Positions 56,901 to 64,000 of a DNA stretch of 64,000 nt are shown one piece after another. The stretch is from a virus. Position numbers and translations under genes: made by a program. The stretch's first letter is position 1; each line of letters opens with the position of its first letter. The notes below the pieces were generated by a model. That model ran no database searches. It had not been told where the DNA came from and saw only the letters and a program-made list of their open reading frames with translations. Location: positions 1-64,000 of IMG/VR virus record IMGVR_UViG_3300020411_003820. The stretch is one strand, 5' to 3'.

Positions 56901-57333
56901 ATGTGTCATCATCTTTAAAAAGTCCAGCAGTCGTTAAACTGCCTATTGTGTGTGGACCACCTTTAAAATCAATATATGATGATGAATTAAAATTAGCATA
57001 CCCGTGAGTACGTGGCCAAAGATTGTCAAATATGTGGCGCTCAATCCCCATTGATTTATTATAGAATTCGTTTTGTTCAGCATCTGAACCATCATATGGG
57101 TAATAATCTAATATTCTACCCACAGCACCACTGTAATAAAGACGTGCTGAACCATATCTAGCAAACTTAGAGGGATCAGAATAATCAACTGGTGGGGAGT
57201 ATTCGTTTTGCCTCTTAAGAATTTCATCAACGTTTTTTGCAGACTCTGCCGGGTGGAAAAGATCTTTTTCATTGGCATCGGATAAAAAACTGTTATTTTC
57301 ATCATAAGGACCAAATAGTTTTTTAATACTCAT
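44995..57333 (-). CDS. Giant (4112 aa) baseplate/adhesin protein with at least three LamG/concanavalin-A-like domains
   Basis: TVEFW..WKHYAF..LYVNG..IDEFRYW; TFAAWI..WSHVAVTYD..YING..GNIADTAIWNKVLS.EEI..IYN; TYSGW..WIHLVV..YFNG..MDQISIW..ALN..EV.ELYN; IYKSKGT wedge-type motif. Confidence 0.75.
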   Translation of the reverse strand: MSIKKLFGPYDENNSFLSDANEKDLFHPAESAKNVDEILKRQNEYSPPVDYSDPSKFARYGSARLYYSGAVGRILDYYPYDGSDAEQNEFYNKSMGIERHIFDNLWPRTHGYANFNSSSYIDFKGGPHTIGSLTTAGLFKDDDTSKRSFANVYDENIYESAGLPNTYGTGSRQSNLRANFDSGVTVEFWLKSKDIAENSNSVIFDMWNNNASGTVDMGRMTIEILSASSASPFRFTVQSGSMTSGMPGSGTLFQQSIGQNILSTALDDWKHYAFVFHNSGSDFVTKLYVNGYENHTVINSNLAIGELPPKDMVGRIGSLVTVPFRSDAAASTRTANTHTLTGSIDEFRYWKEARSSADIGKNWFKQVRGGTNSDISNTTLGVYYKFNEGVANSTALDNNVLDYSGRLSNGTWTGTASRSLSSAMIESSASTIEYKDPIIYITHPDVVELKNGLNNTGSIHDYNNNTNFFSYMPSWIMAEHEDHGNENPEIISHILGSYFDKIYNLIEALPTFKGIQNTSASFTPISFAKHLPESLGLDTPNLFIESNVVNSFLNASDKFRFSGDLTQTKNLIYQNLYNNMSSIYKSKGTERAVKNILRCFYLDDSVIKFKTYVDNSVYDLDTNSVQVLKNRNMLLFNAAKNIGSVCFLRQDPDDTSNSRGFISGSGTSLKLESGFGMTMEANIRFPRFYEGIDPIDRTSTKRSSLFGIYSASVDRATDFKWMFEDGGADFQVYANRVLDNPKSVYFSLTSSLLPSYELTSSVFTDVYSNSDWNISVRLKPSTYPYATFVAGNLSNYTYDLIFEGINTNLGTVSDTFVITASVAKDVGDRMVSSAKRPYVGANRTNFTGTLNYRSDVLVSAVKYWAKYLDTDTLRQHALDIDNVGISGSFRNLAPYVSSSNMPHEMLNKDTLAMYWNFSDLTSSDSNGRFFTQDMSSGSAADGAKNGWLGGVGGFLHKGYGFGFDENSTSIKSKQQVNTFKFIDPEQATSSDMVKVLTNDDEVYGFASTVPNFYNTLEKSMYDAISEEMLTFFAGAIDFHNLIGEPVNRYRESYKAMGHLRRQFFKRVNQTKEVEKYVEYYKWFDDAISKIVSQMVPAASKFADNTMNVVESHVLERNKYKTMFPTIEFKQEDPISPMLGIRERLYQWSHNHHPLNNQTTTNPDWWRDRAERDVNMSPVSAGDSDLDGSRDIYRETIANDNNQKKERKKDIVTGHSYLRTPYIKRKLSLPYKFDAIVESDYLTTYSPMKTIKGGVNFRHAKRIDYAYNALRPAGRINQESGNFIPENVLFAQFLNRDGTLKDLIRETRYKRGLVYGPEPHANDQLYRNRPSEKVLLNVRVQHGRDVDGYSTIDALSAFPFNIVSSSVTTGYNRLVVQRVTGNIEITNLHHDVYGEDMEKPMQTIFTEHVVGGHQSRHVPINIGNDNETNRPEAWKIQLGYPTGEACAPHGTNTEMFGSGVLGMVGPDYPLPNAGYETGKLPYPATASLKAPWYRGMMIKQPFNIKNIQLRAGPSGTFPTRLGNYRNTYEFIQTVGAWSNPIGFRDGPPNFTVTGSVGETVVLNHHSNSNKATSIRTIRDIKRIADGRPGAADYSTAYLTGAKNKSVFIQRFSHGGGIEVDTKGYQDFRSTEFSVYNAIPYRNLTVRAPFQNPTSISNVLVNGDTTNIQISDIHGLDYGLTAHLARASARFGRDSLYYPSDSRRLAYDLTKPFIGFGDKKIYRSGDKVMGWWRLDNNFYTLAVSGTAVDSSGNNRDGTFNSGSLFRPFFSGNLGPSDWIQTGSAAFNNFTQSNGVNTTEIDIGSSIMWNGLIGNSPASGSTQKMTFAAWIYPIAAGSSGFSRIFSMGKTIDIFTNHVGYVGFMTNWNTTGSETQVVWFNTHAVNYNVWSHVAVTYDATSNLNNPKCYINGSEVSFVGPKVNGGDSIANADMTDWYGAGQSVTHGFPRCLIGNLAHPTLKNEYAFQGNIADTAIWNKVLSSEEIAAIYNASKYEEQRGPGYSDNLNVVQELPSFHKIHRNSGASIGIKSETHDISTIFQHRGNENTKALYFFTPETHGSMLLNADGRELNNTAARFLSASRPAGFTYSGWVRCAESSARQNVGHQYFFGVGKDAAQSEPFIEISKVSASLSVQISTRTNVTYSAGSPTRAVWKVNTANQNPTDQVKALNEGEWIHLVVSVPVSSSYPYTGPAAPSIYFNGVAQPVEEDTSPAAYWDRKVENSQVGTDILGLGGNMVRQGTASFAFGRDPTKGGNNLASFGYSGAMDQISIWTTALNSTEVTELYNTGIPCDITSSTAYADNTANLFAWYKLGEASRPSTSQNQQTANTDKVASSRTTSFASASNAIFNVIADENHLFPVSVNQNQYLGIALTTPVGQTQNSLNAGVFPTPKTGCPPLVLGQSASVRYVYEPRAENDNFFVQHMIPRNDRQYAWITGAIEDQDPRNVRFSGYMPIFGPQQGMYANTTESVTVYEPYFGFLSESEFGYTRDTNTSLFRRPDFALLGAIKYSSNAFSDDFKGQDFAGLNTIIYEPIEQSASMVNTLGWATAVHSVPKPEGNPGELVKSASMGTPVFRTIDRTTAPGDQYRNVRFFEPPDEGYGGFWSYVRGGVSASFPGEANAADGQLQGYLFNTLMLKRNGPYGYSTFAMARKNRQHPVLRMERSSSTISVYNRAKGQIEKYALKPVSMRARPTLVNYTPYDPLEECGNSANPQSANPSITLKVTDINEKIMFNSIGLNNLTKINPKEIVTPLDHILLMTSKHRDFGLNWMSYTEKVYPSARNEFVSHSQKRTGYDMQMWRDERRLRNELGNATDPSVGRNAAAQFLASGRTDYLSRSCWPLDAPANFLVRSGSIVGSNTVVGLHTASQRPSPFKGAGVNRNYLRAGPFNHAGGVSADSTVASAVYPNVQIAISHAAGELQNCQGHAHFAHDATRGGRGSKYDGQFSFLNVGALYARKHMLSPFLSVGNPTGMEIKTTGTLGVTGIGTSLYRGAANLGMLLTQSVFVNGGEALWEAGEQAGILRKSGKAFTFISKPSKPWYDNYEDFRLDLRYIAKDYVVIPEFRISDNIVEYNKFDIDDNDKFDTFTLPGTGITSVTGAFFEQYMDSSKMQFFRQQGLKTNLTAKEIKISVKAVKKWNPYKGFYPAQRTIDLVRQFSSSYNNSIQTKRTKGKHDGTDWLPAGALFGNARPVYQPLFMPGILFNSIKSGMAVDWPAIFGSLYKGNAKDYARISNFDEYAGMESAVDLHTYMIHCTASVLEPAQSNAPWESGTPFWDTRLPFETILAPEGSMLGEDFADLEPHPSATVDFSASLVSNNNDSFYTLMARNFFGETANFFLRGRTYTELVSGRVDDNIITFKSGTVYGARLRLKRSLGTFQSIQDINTTGGAGDTGDNEQGTTPIAGATRRYYSFDRDAWGSTYPNGAYSPLGGRFFDTRIQAFVSGAGYELPQDPIHPYIAQKFTGSLGANNVAQNGDITRESYTMYSRPSAFGPPVSGRVLTNAHRAASASMYGIKDSLEGYNWAYTPPYYHGEAWMDLVFRPNKTQYTLEEVLEEVEHQCWRVDPGPVISKDGHGHTGTPAYISSSHREQCIYDGRNVNASAMQVSASLNVFGIRKESFLETDQFGNPNAKRNETKATRWVIKPKFETPMLNFNSRYRPASHIGALSEGSVPLFASASVPHGMWHQFGYLEPDKNRGIFMEMSDIPKNWLKYHYMVRQTSSLYNGNDVDANGANIHSDMKSLADVFQFKKTPVRLGEIARYKVIREAVVGIPYRNVLVGNASQANVQSNRTRKEFFGIEPFRVAAALAANSQTDTGQSLDVAGESIRRLVRKMKKYILPPQFDFLRNPAAPPIAMYIFDFHYKLDKDDLSYIWQNIAPRNYKKVSFQESSIAHELNNTELLDAQELLDKDVQWMFFKVKQKATGDYFSHVATQVGAQQKTANTLEDIASKSLQYNLDFSENVLDDTDGNGVIRENTYELQYNWPYDYLSIVEGVKVEIEVLYDDKVVKTTNLIMEEIDEKQSKPYEKDNEELPDPKLIAKQISVGITPQIAVNDALERLNLNESGEDISTNPEPKDPIKQPTGVKFSMPSFSTGLFGDSFNKSGGSNQGGGNQGGKK

Positions 57334-58846
57334 AATTCTCCACTCTAAACTTAAACGTTTGATCTTGTTCGACCCAATCTAATAGTGCTGAGTCATAGAA
57401 TGCAAACCTTATTGCATATTCATATCCGGGTTGTAGTAACGACATATCAAGATCAAAATAGTTTCCAGATATATCGTGTGACATGACAGTATGTAAATCA
57501 CTGCCAGTGCCGTGTGGGATAGCATCGTAACCATCTATAACTCGATATACTCTATAAGAAGCACTTTCAATTGTTTTAGTTTCAATGTTTGTTGTTGCTT
57601 TTGTGTAAATTGTAGGCGACCAATCTTTTTCACGCGTATATAAATTAAATCTAGCAGTTTCTTTGTCGCGATATTTGTCTTTAAGATTTGTAATGTTTAA
57701 ATAATAAGTTGGTCTAGTTGATATTCTTTCAGCTTCAAATGTTTTTGGTTTAAACGAGCCCGTAAAAAATCTCGTACTGCCAGTATACCATACGTCAAAC
57801 ATGTTGGTAATCTTGTTTCTGGCAGTGCCAGTAATTGCAAGGCTGCAGCTGTATATACCAGTTGAAACATGTCCTGCTGTAGCGTAGAGTTGTGAATCAC
57901 CATACCCCGTACGATCATCAACAGTTAGGGTTAGCGCACTACCGGAAGGCTTAGTATTATCTATCGAGCCAGAATGAAGACGTACTCTTAACAACCCTGT
58001 GCCTACATCTGGAATATTTTGTAATCTACCACGAACATAATTGTAAAAATATAAAGTATTCAAGTTTTGTTCGCCAGTGGCCAAAGAACTACTGTAATAA
58101 AAATTGCCTCTATCATCTTTTATTGAAGAATTCCATCTCGCTTCAATAACTGGACGTTTAAAAAAGTATTGGGTTCCGCGGGCAAAAAACCTTTTGGTGT
58201 AATATGATGTTGCAGCACCTGTTAAATTATATGAAGCACTAGCTTCTAGTGAGGATGATAGAGATATACCAAAACCATAGTTTGAATAGACATCGCCTAG
58301 CCATTCTTCCATCAAAATTGTGACATCAATTTCTAAATCTTCTAAACCACTTTCAAAAACTTGTTCATAATTTGAAGCAGTTAAATAATCACCACCTTCG
58401 TTTGCCCAATCAGAACCTTGTTGCCGTTGTACCCAATCTGAACCCGTGTTACCAACAGTATAATCTAAGTAATTGATCGTATCTAGTCCTGTACCTTCTT
58501 GCCATGATTGCGAAACGGGTCTAACTGAAAGCGTAAAATTGCTTGGCACTGTATTACTAGTTTCGGCATTATAGAGCTTTAAATAAAAATTAACACTACC
58601 GCTAGCTGGGAGGACTCCGGAAGAGCGATCCGCAGCAATAGATGTAACCGGGAACTGTATTAATGCTCTTGAAAGCTCAACTTGTTTGTTTTGAGCGGAT
58701 GAAGTATATGCTCTTTGAAAAATTGAATAAACTTCTAACACATCAGCTTTACCCATATTAGAACCAGTTGCTCTTGTACTCAAGTCGCTCAACCAGGCAT
58801 TAGTGATTGTGTTATCAGCAATAGCTGTATATTTTTTTATGGCCAT
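57323..58846 (-). CDS. Baseplate-associated protein (DNRLRE-like N-terminal domain)
   Basis: ADNTI...SRALIQF...LKLYN...VSQSWQEGTG...DVT...NYGF...P.IE. Confidence 0.55.
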   Translation of the reverse strand: MAIKKYTAIADNTITNAWLSDLSTRATGSNMGKADVLEVYSIFQRAYTSSAQNKQVELSRALIQFPVTSIAADRSSGVLPASGSVNFYLKLYNAETSNTVPSNFTLSVRPVSQSWQEGTGLDTINYLDYTVGNTGSDWVQRQQGSDWANEGGDYLTASNYEQVFESGLEDLEIDVTILMEEWLGDVYSNYGFGISLSSSLEASASYNLTGAATSYYTKRFFARGTQYFFKRPVIEARWNSSIKDDRGNFYYSSSLATGEQNLNTLYFYNYVRGRLQNIPDVGTGLLRVRLHSGSIDNTKPSGSALTLTVDDRTGYGDSQLYATAGHVSTGIYSCSLAITGTARNKITNMFDVWYTGSTRFFTGSFKPKTFEAERISTRPTYYLNITNLKDKYRDKETARFNLYTREKDWSPTIYTKATTNIETKTIESASYRVYRVIDGYDAIPHGTGSDLHTVMSHDISGNYFDLDMSLLQPGYEYAIRFAFYDSALLDWVEQDQTFKFRVENYEY

Positions 58847-60642
58847 TATCTAACCTTTCCTACGATATCCACTTCTGGAAACTTAACCTCTACAATTGCA
58901 TTTTTTGGAATGACAACATGATCACCATCAGGTGATGTATTTTCGTTAATATCTATTTCTGCTTGACTATAGCCAAGTCCATTTTTGGGTATCGCCTGTA
59001 CATTTAAAACATCTAGAACGTCCGGAACATCTTTTAAAACTGAATAAATATCACTAATTGAAAATGGCTGTCCAATATAGTAGCAATTGGAATAATACGC
59101 TCTTAAAGATTGTATAGCTGCTTCAAGTGTTGCAAATTTATTTGTACCGGGTTTAGACTTAATTACAAAATTAATACCAAAATTTAAAATAAAAGGATCA
59201 AGAATATCAATAGTGTCACTAATCATTCTATAATTGTTTAGCCAAGTTTTTAAGTTATTTTTTATTGTATCGTTAGTTTTTATCAATTTTCCAAATTTGT
59301 CTTCTGATACAACATACATGTTAATGTTTCTTTTTTGGGAATCAGGGTCTCTTTGTGCTGAAACTCTTTTTATAGAACCAAACTTTACGGGCATGCGATA
59401 ACACAAACTTTCATAATCTGTTTGTGTCACAGCTCTATTTTGAGTTGGGAATGTATCGTAAATTCTTTGCTTAATTTCATCTGAGTCTGGGTAGGTTACA
59501 TCCCCGACAATCGGTTTTTCATTAGTAACCTCTAAAGATGCATTAACAGTTGAAACTGTGGCATCTACCAGCTTGGTTCTGTCTTTATAATTAAACATAG
59601 CACGATTGACATTGTTTAATTGTCCAGTCGAAACATTTGAATTTAAAGGATCAGTTGTTCGATAGGTAATGTTTAGTGTTGTGTTTGATGGTGAAATTCC
59701 ATAATTTGTGTTAGCTGACAATCTTGAAGGATCAAAGGTGGTGCTCGAAACGTAGTCCTTTCCAAATATATCAATAGCAACAGTTTGAGGCTCAGCTAAG
59801 ACATTTGTACCAGCTTCATCGCCACTACCAAATTGTAAAGCTACTGAATCTCTATCGTATTCGACAACAAATTTTCTAGAAACGAGCATCGGTTGTAATA
59901 TTGATGGTACGTTATCATCTTGAAAATTTCTATTTGTAATCTCTTGAAAAATAATATCTTGGGCCAAATAATCTACTTCATAAAATTCGTTACCTTGAGA
60001 ATCAGTTACAGATATGATTTCAGCAATGTTAGAACTTTGCAGTTCGACGCGTCTGAATCTTTCATAACTTCCAAGTTCTATTTGCTCCTGCTCAAAAACA
60101 CCTGAGACTACATTGCCAAAAGCTCTTATAGCATAAAATGTCGGAGCACCAGTTGATGCGTCAGTTCTCGCAACCACAACTCTGTTGCTCGGATCTGCAA
60201 AGTCTACATTTTCTGTCAGAATAAAATTTACACCACCTGAGCTGGTAAATTTAGCCCCTCTTTTTAAAATTGGTATATAGTCATTGTCCGGACCCAAAGT
60301 TACTGCCGAGGCAGGCACTAAAATGTATAGTGAAATTTGTCCATATGTGGAGGCACGTCCTTGTGACTTATAACCAAGAATGCGCCCATGTCTAATAATA
60401 TTGTTATACTGATACGCAGTATCTAAAAATGATTCATTTACATTATAATCTAAATAAAAGGATAGCTGATCTCCAACATATGCAACTGCGTCTATCATCA
60501 AAGAACCAAACGACGCTTCCGTGAAATCTTGAAAATTGTCTGGATAATATCTTTCTGCAATTTCTAATAAATCGTCCCGAATTGATCTAAAGTCTCTACT
60601 TGTGTAGTCAATTGGCACTATTTTTTTCTGATCGTCTGGCAT
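58846..60642 (-). CDS. Baseplate wedge subunit (T4 gp6 / baseplate J-like)
   Basis: IDYTSRDFRSIR, DFTEASFG, AYVGDQLSFYLD, LQFGSG and QNRAVTQTDY motifs. Confidence 0.85.
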   Translation of the reverse strand: MPDDQKKIVPIDYTSRDFRSIRDDLLEIAERYYPDNFQDFTEASFGSLMIDAVAYVGDQLSFYLDYNVNESFLDTAYQYNNIIRHGRILGYKSQGRASTYGQISLYILVPASAVTLGPDNDYIPILKRGAKFTSSGGVNFILTENVDFADPSNRVVVARTDASTGAPTFYAIRAFGNVVSGVFEQEQIELGSYERFRRVELQSSNIAEIISVTDSQGNEFYEVDYLAQDIIFQEITNRNFQDDNVPSILQPMLVSRKFVVEYDRDSVALQFGSGDEAGTNVLAEPQTVAIDIFGKDYVSSTTFDPSRLSANTNYGISPSNTTLNITYRTTDPLNSNVSTGQLNNVNRAMFNYKDRTKLVDATVSTVNASLEVTNEKPIVGDVTYPDSDEIKQRIYDTFPTQNRAVTQTDYESLCYRMPVKFGSIKRVSAQRDPDSQKRNINMYVVSEDKFGKLIKTNDTIKNNLKTWLNNYRMISDTIDILDPFILNFGINFVIKSKPGTNKFATLEAAIQSLRAYYSNCYYIGQPFSISDIYSVLKDVPDVLDVLNVQAIPKNGLGYSQAEIDINENTSPDGDHVVIPKNAIVEVKFPEVDIVGKVR

Positions 60643-60665
60643 CTAAAAAGTATCCCTTTTGTTAA

Positions 60666-61034
60666 TTAAATAGTAAATTCTAGTAAATCTGATTCCGCAA
60701 TTGCAGGTATAACGTATGTGATTCTTAAGGCTAGCAAGTTTTCATCTATACCGGTTTGTCCAAAATTAATTTCTTGTATTGATACAGATGGCAGATAGGC
60801 AGCAGTTTGAGCACGAATTCTAGTATCAATTTGTTGAAATGTTCCGTGTCCAAAATTTTCAAACAGAAACGTTTTGATACCTACACCAAACTCTGGATCC
60901 ATTACCCTTTCGCCGGGATTGGTCAAGATTAACATTTTAAAATTTTGTCTAATTACATCTTTGGCTTTTTTTAACATTCTAAAGCCATCAGTATTATCTT
61001 TGACAAGTGGGAGCGCTACACCGAAGGAAGACAT
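60666..61034 (-). CDS. Baseplate gp25/GPW-like protein
   Basis: IRQNFKMLILTNPGERVMDPEFGVGI..FLFE. Confidence 0.9.
   Translation of the reverse strand: MSSFGVALPLVKDNTDGFRMLKKAKDVIRQNFKMLILTNPGERVMDPEFGVGIKTFLFENFGHGTFQQIDTRIRAQTAAYLPSVSIQEINFGQTGIDENLLALRITYVIPAIAESDLLEFTI
60667..60674 (-). promoter_or_regulatory. Putative late promoter ACTATTTA overlapping the gp25 stop
   Basis: 24 nt before the ATG at 60642. Confidence 0.55.
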
Positions 61035-61066
61035 TTTTTTTACCTCTTAATAAATACTCAATAATA

Positions 61067-64000
61067 TCATTTTTTGCACATGTTTCCATTCTTATCAAAC
61101 GGATTTGAGCGCAGGCGACGTTTTTTAAACCACGGAAAGTGTCTTTCTCCCGGTGATGACCTAAATGCTTCTGCTAGTGCAGATGCTGCACTGGCTCCCA
61201 CATCATCATCCAAACTATTGGTAAACTCTCTTTGATTATAATAATTTTTAAATAATTTTTTTAATCTTGGTTTTGTTTTAGAAAGTACGCGGCGATCCCA
61301 TTTGTCAAAATGATAACCAAAAAATCCGTTGCCTCTAAAAATACCGGGCCATCGAGTTTCAGCGGGTGCCCAAGCACCATCGTCGCCACCGCCGGCTACT
61401 AGTTTAAATGTATCTCCGTCTTCCTCAGCATAAACACCCGGCTTATCGGCAAGGGTGTCGGTTTTAAGATCTTCTACAGTTGATTCACCAATTGATGGCA
61501 AAAATCCCATATCGTTATAAATCGCTAGAGTAGAAAGAATTTTCTTAACTGGAAAGATATAAGACATAATCATTTTAAAACGCTCATCATCTACAAGATT
61601 GTTAACTAAGCAAAACAACAACTTGCTATCCGGTTCTAAAGGAGCAAATTGTCCAATCGGTAAATCTAAAGCATCTATTTCGGTTTCAATAACCTTATAA
61701 TTGGTACCGCTAACAGTTACTGAAAATCTTAAGCCGTACCTTACGCCCAATTCGCCAGAAAGCCCGATTGGTGTATCGGTGGTTGGATCTCTAACGACCG
61801 TCATAGTTCCCGGATAAACATCGGAAATGTTTAAGGATAAATCGTTAGAGGTTACTGTATCAACTCCTTGGCTTGGTGTTTTATATTGTCCGTTTACTTT
61901 TATGTAAGTTTCTAGTACGAAGGGTGCTGCAGATGTCCCTTTTGCGCCAGTGCCAATTGGTCCAATATTGCCTATTGGGACTATTATTTTGTTAGAAAAA
62001 GGAAACAACAAAGCACCTGCGTCTTCACCGTATTCCTCGCCTTCCATATATATTGGTTGTCCAGTTTCTTCATCTATTTGTACGTGATAGTACCCAATAT
62101 AAGGCTCACCAGTTTCTTCATTTGCCAGTTCACCACCACTAGTGTAAAGTTGTTCTCCCTCTAAAGGCAAGCCAGAAACTTGCTCTTCTATTCGTTTCTG
62201 TAAATCTAAAGAATTGTTTACTGATAAATTCTGTAATACATAATAACCTAGATTAGTGATCATGTTGGATGGCTTAACCATATTAATTTCTTCTAAGTTT
62301 TTCAAAAAGATGTTGGCCATGTGCTCCATCTCATCAATAACAAATTCTTTCAAAATTAATTTTGCTAAATCTTCAGATTCTTTAATAGCTTCTAAATTTC
62401 TTTCATAACGATAGCCTTTGAGTCTTTTAAATTTGCCAACTTCTTTTGCTTTCTTGGCTTGCTTTAAACGTGGACGATATGGATATCTGTAATTTTTCTC
62501 AAATTTTTCTAATTCACGTAAAACAGCAAGAACAGAAGGACTCGGCTCTACTTCACCATCAGCAACTTTTCTAGCATAACACTGAACTGACTGTTCCAAA
62601 AATGCATACCAAAATTCGTCATCTTTGAACGGATTAAAAGCTTCTGCGAGGGCGCTTGGTTGCGCGTCTTTCAATTCTTCTTCCATAACCTCAACTATGT
62701 AAGCAGCGTAAATAGAACTAAAATTGTTTCTAAGGTCTGGATAAAATTTAGTGAATGTAGCTAATGATTTAAGAAAGTGTTGACTTGCAAAAATGCGACA
62801 TGTTGCGTGAATTAATCCTTCAATACCAGCCTTTGAATTACGCTCAAGAATTCTATTGTATGGTTTTTCTGTAACACAATCTGGATCAGATTTTAACCTT
62901 TTGTCTTCTGGAATCTTGCTGTACACCTCGTTGATCAACTGTTTAATTTCGCCAAAGTCCACCAAATCTGTTCTATTTGGCTTACATGGGCTCATTTCCG
63001 GAAACATTGCTTCGACAATCCCTAGCCATCCATTTTTATCAGCTGGCTTAAGGTACACTGGTGGGTTTAGGTTATTTCCACCATATGACGTAGGATCTAG
63101 ATAAAATACTCGGTTAGCGGGCGAGCTATCGCATTTTGAAGGGTATTCTTCACAATATTGCATATAACTCATACCAAACGGTGCTTCGGCTCTAGGGTTA
63201 TCAAGATTTTTTGCATAATCTTGCATTTCAATAAAGTTTCCACCGGCACCAACAACGCCATATCTTATCTGTTTCTCTGTAATGTCATCTATTGCAGCTC
63301 CATAATTGAAAGCTTTTTCATTTTCATATATTTCTTTACCAAATTGTTGGGTTATCGAATTAGTGAAATTTTTATGCATAGTTTTTAATCCAGAAATTGG
63401 TGGCGCTGAGCCGCCATTAGCAGATTTTATAATGTCCTTAAATAATATAAACTGTGGTGGCGTATTAGAAATTGGGGATTGAATAGCTTGTATGAATTCT
63501 TCATAAGTGTTATCTGCTTGAAAAAGATTCGAATTCATATCAAGCCCATCATCCGTAGACAAAAACTCGTATGCGCCCCACTCCATTATCTTTTCTCCTG
63601 TACTGTCTTTAGCCGGATCTTCCACTTCATCTTTCAGTTCATCATCGCCGGGCCCTTTATATTCTGTGTTAAGTCTGTTTATGATAACAACTCTGGCGTT
63701 ATCATCAGCTCTGTTGTAAAACGCGCCATCTTGCCCTTTGATAATATCAGATGTGTACAACTCAATATTGAAACCATACATAAACCCATCTTTTCTGCCT
63801 TGGGCTCGATCTTTAAACTTTAAAGTTAAATCAGGACTTTTCTTACGTGCGTGTTGTGTAAACTTAATTTTCTTGTCATCATATTTTGGAGTAACTGTTA
63901 CATTGTAGCCGTAATTTGGTAACTCAGTTAAATCAACATCATCAAAAAGTCCACCAATATTTAAATCTTTGAATGTTTTGGTAAACGATTTGTCATCTTG
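61067..64000 (-). CDS. Large hypothetical virion protein, 5' end beyond the window
   Basis: The frame of track ORF 61067-63781 stays open to base 64000; contains a LYTSGGE...GEPYIGYYH motif. Confidence 0.7.
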   Translation of the reverse strand, partial: QDDKSFTKTFKDLNIGGLFDDVDLTELPNYGYNVTVTPKYDDKKIKFTQHARKKSPDLTLKFKDRAQGRKDGFMYGFNIELYTSDIIKGQDGAFYNRADDNARVVIINRLNTEYKGPGDDELKDEVEDPAKDSTGEKIMEWGAYEFLSTDDGLDMNSNLFQADNTYEEFIQAIQSPISNTPPQFILFKDIIKSANGGSAPPISGLKTMHKNFTNSITQQFGKEIYENEKAFNYGAAIDDITEKQIRYGVVGAGGNFIEMQDYAKNLDNPRAEAPFGMSYMQYCEEYPSKCDSSPANRVFYLDPTSYGGNNLNPPVYLKPADKNGWLGIVEAMFPEMSPCKPNRTDLVDFGEIKQLINEVYSKIPEDKRLKSDPDCVTEKPYNRILERNSKAGIEGLIHATCRIFASQHFLKSLATFTKFYPDLRNNFSSIYAAYIVEVMEEELKDAQPSALAEAFNPFKDDEFWYAFLEQSVQCYARKVADGEVEPSPSVLAVLRELEKFEKNYRYPYRPRLKQAKKAKEVGKFKRLKGYRYERNLEAIKESEDLAKLILKEFVIDEMEHMANIFLKNLEEINMVKPSNMITNLGYYVLQNLSVNNSLDLQKRIEEQVSGLPLEGEQLYTSGGELANEETGEPYIGYYHVQIDEETGQPIYMEGEEYGEDAGALLFPFSNKIIVPIGNIGPIGTGAKGTSAAPFVLETYIKVNGQYKTPSQGVDTVTSNDLSLNISDVYPGTMTVVRDPTTDTPIGLSGELGVRYGLRFSVTVSGTNYKVIETEIDALDLPIGQFAPLEPDSKLLFCLVNNLVDDERFKMIMSYIFPVKKILSTLAIYNDMGFLPSIGESTVEDLKTDTLADKPGVYAEEDGDTFKLVAGGGDDGAWAPAETRWPGIFRGNGFFGYHFDKWDRRVLSKTKPRLKKLFKNYYNQREFTNSLDDDVGASAASALAEAFRSSPGERHFPWFKKRRLRSNPFDKNGNMCKK

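Noticed and set aside
44995-57333. Diversity-generating retroelement acting on fibre or adhesin genes
   Set aside because: No reverse transcriptase and no TR/VR pair with adenine-specific mismatches was seen.
294-63823. All plus-strand ORFs and short nested minus-strand ORFs in the track
   Set aside because: They are antisense or off-frame shadows of long, tightly coupled minus-strand genes and show no recognisable motifs.
1-64000. Stop-codon reassignment
   Set aside because: Standard-code ORFs tile the window almost completely, and TAA, TAG and TGA all end genes at coupled junctions.

Overview
64 kb from a large, AT-rich, T4-like (myovirus-type) bacteriophage, read in the standard genetic code, with every real gene on the minus strand. 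In transcription order (right to left) it holds: a baseplate/tail module (gp25-like, gp6-like wedge, a 4112-aa LamG-domain protein, tail-collar-like proteins); RuvC; an FKBP PPIase and Hsp20; primase; a host-like lipoprotein; a fused Mre11-Rad50 (SbcD-SbcC); an FtsZ/tubulin-family GTPase; a variable small-gene array; a holin/spanin-like cluster; terminase large subunit, portal and prohead protease; ribosomal protein bS21; and paralogous fibre-like genes. Two promoter classes are visible: sigma70-consensus sites ahead of replication and chaperone genes, and a recurring ACTATTTA motif ahead of virion genes. The most interesting signal is a probable capsid-cargo system. About a dozen otherwise unrelated proteins carry short leaders (MKIT..QLKQII.EE or MK..FENWRK...E) ending at T4-gp21-type [LI]-x-E sites. 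Several expose a signal peptide, transmembrane segment, RyR-like domain or pre-toxin-like hairpin behind the leader. Downstream of the FtsZ-like gene these cargo genes form an array joined by near-identical DNA repeats, including a duplicate of the FtsZ 3' end that differs only by synonymous changes. Family calls rest on motifs recognised by eye; no database searches were run.
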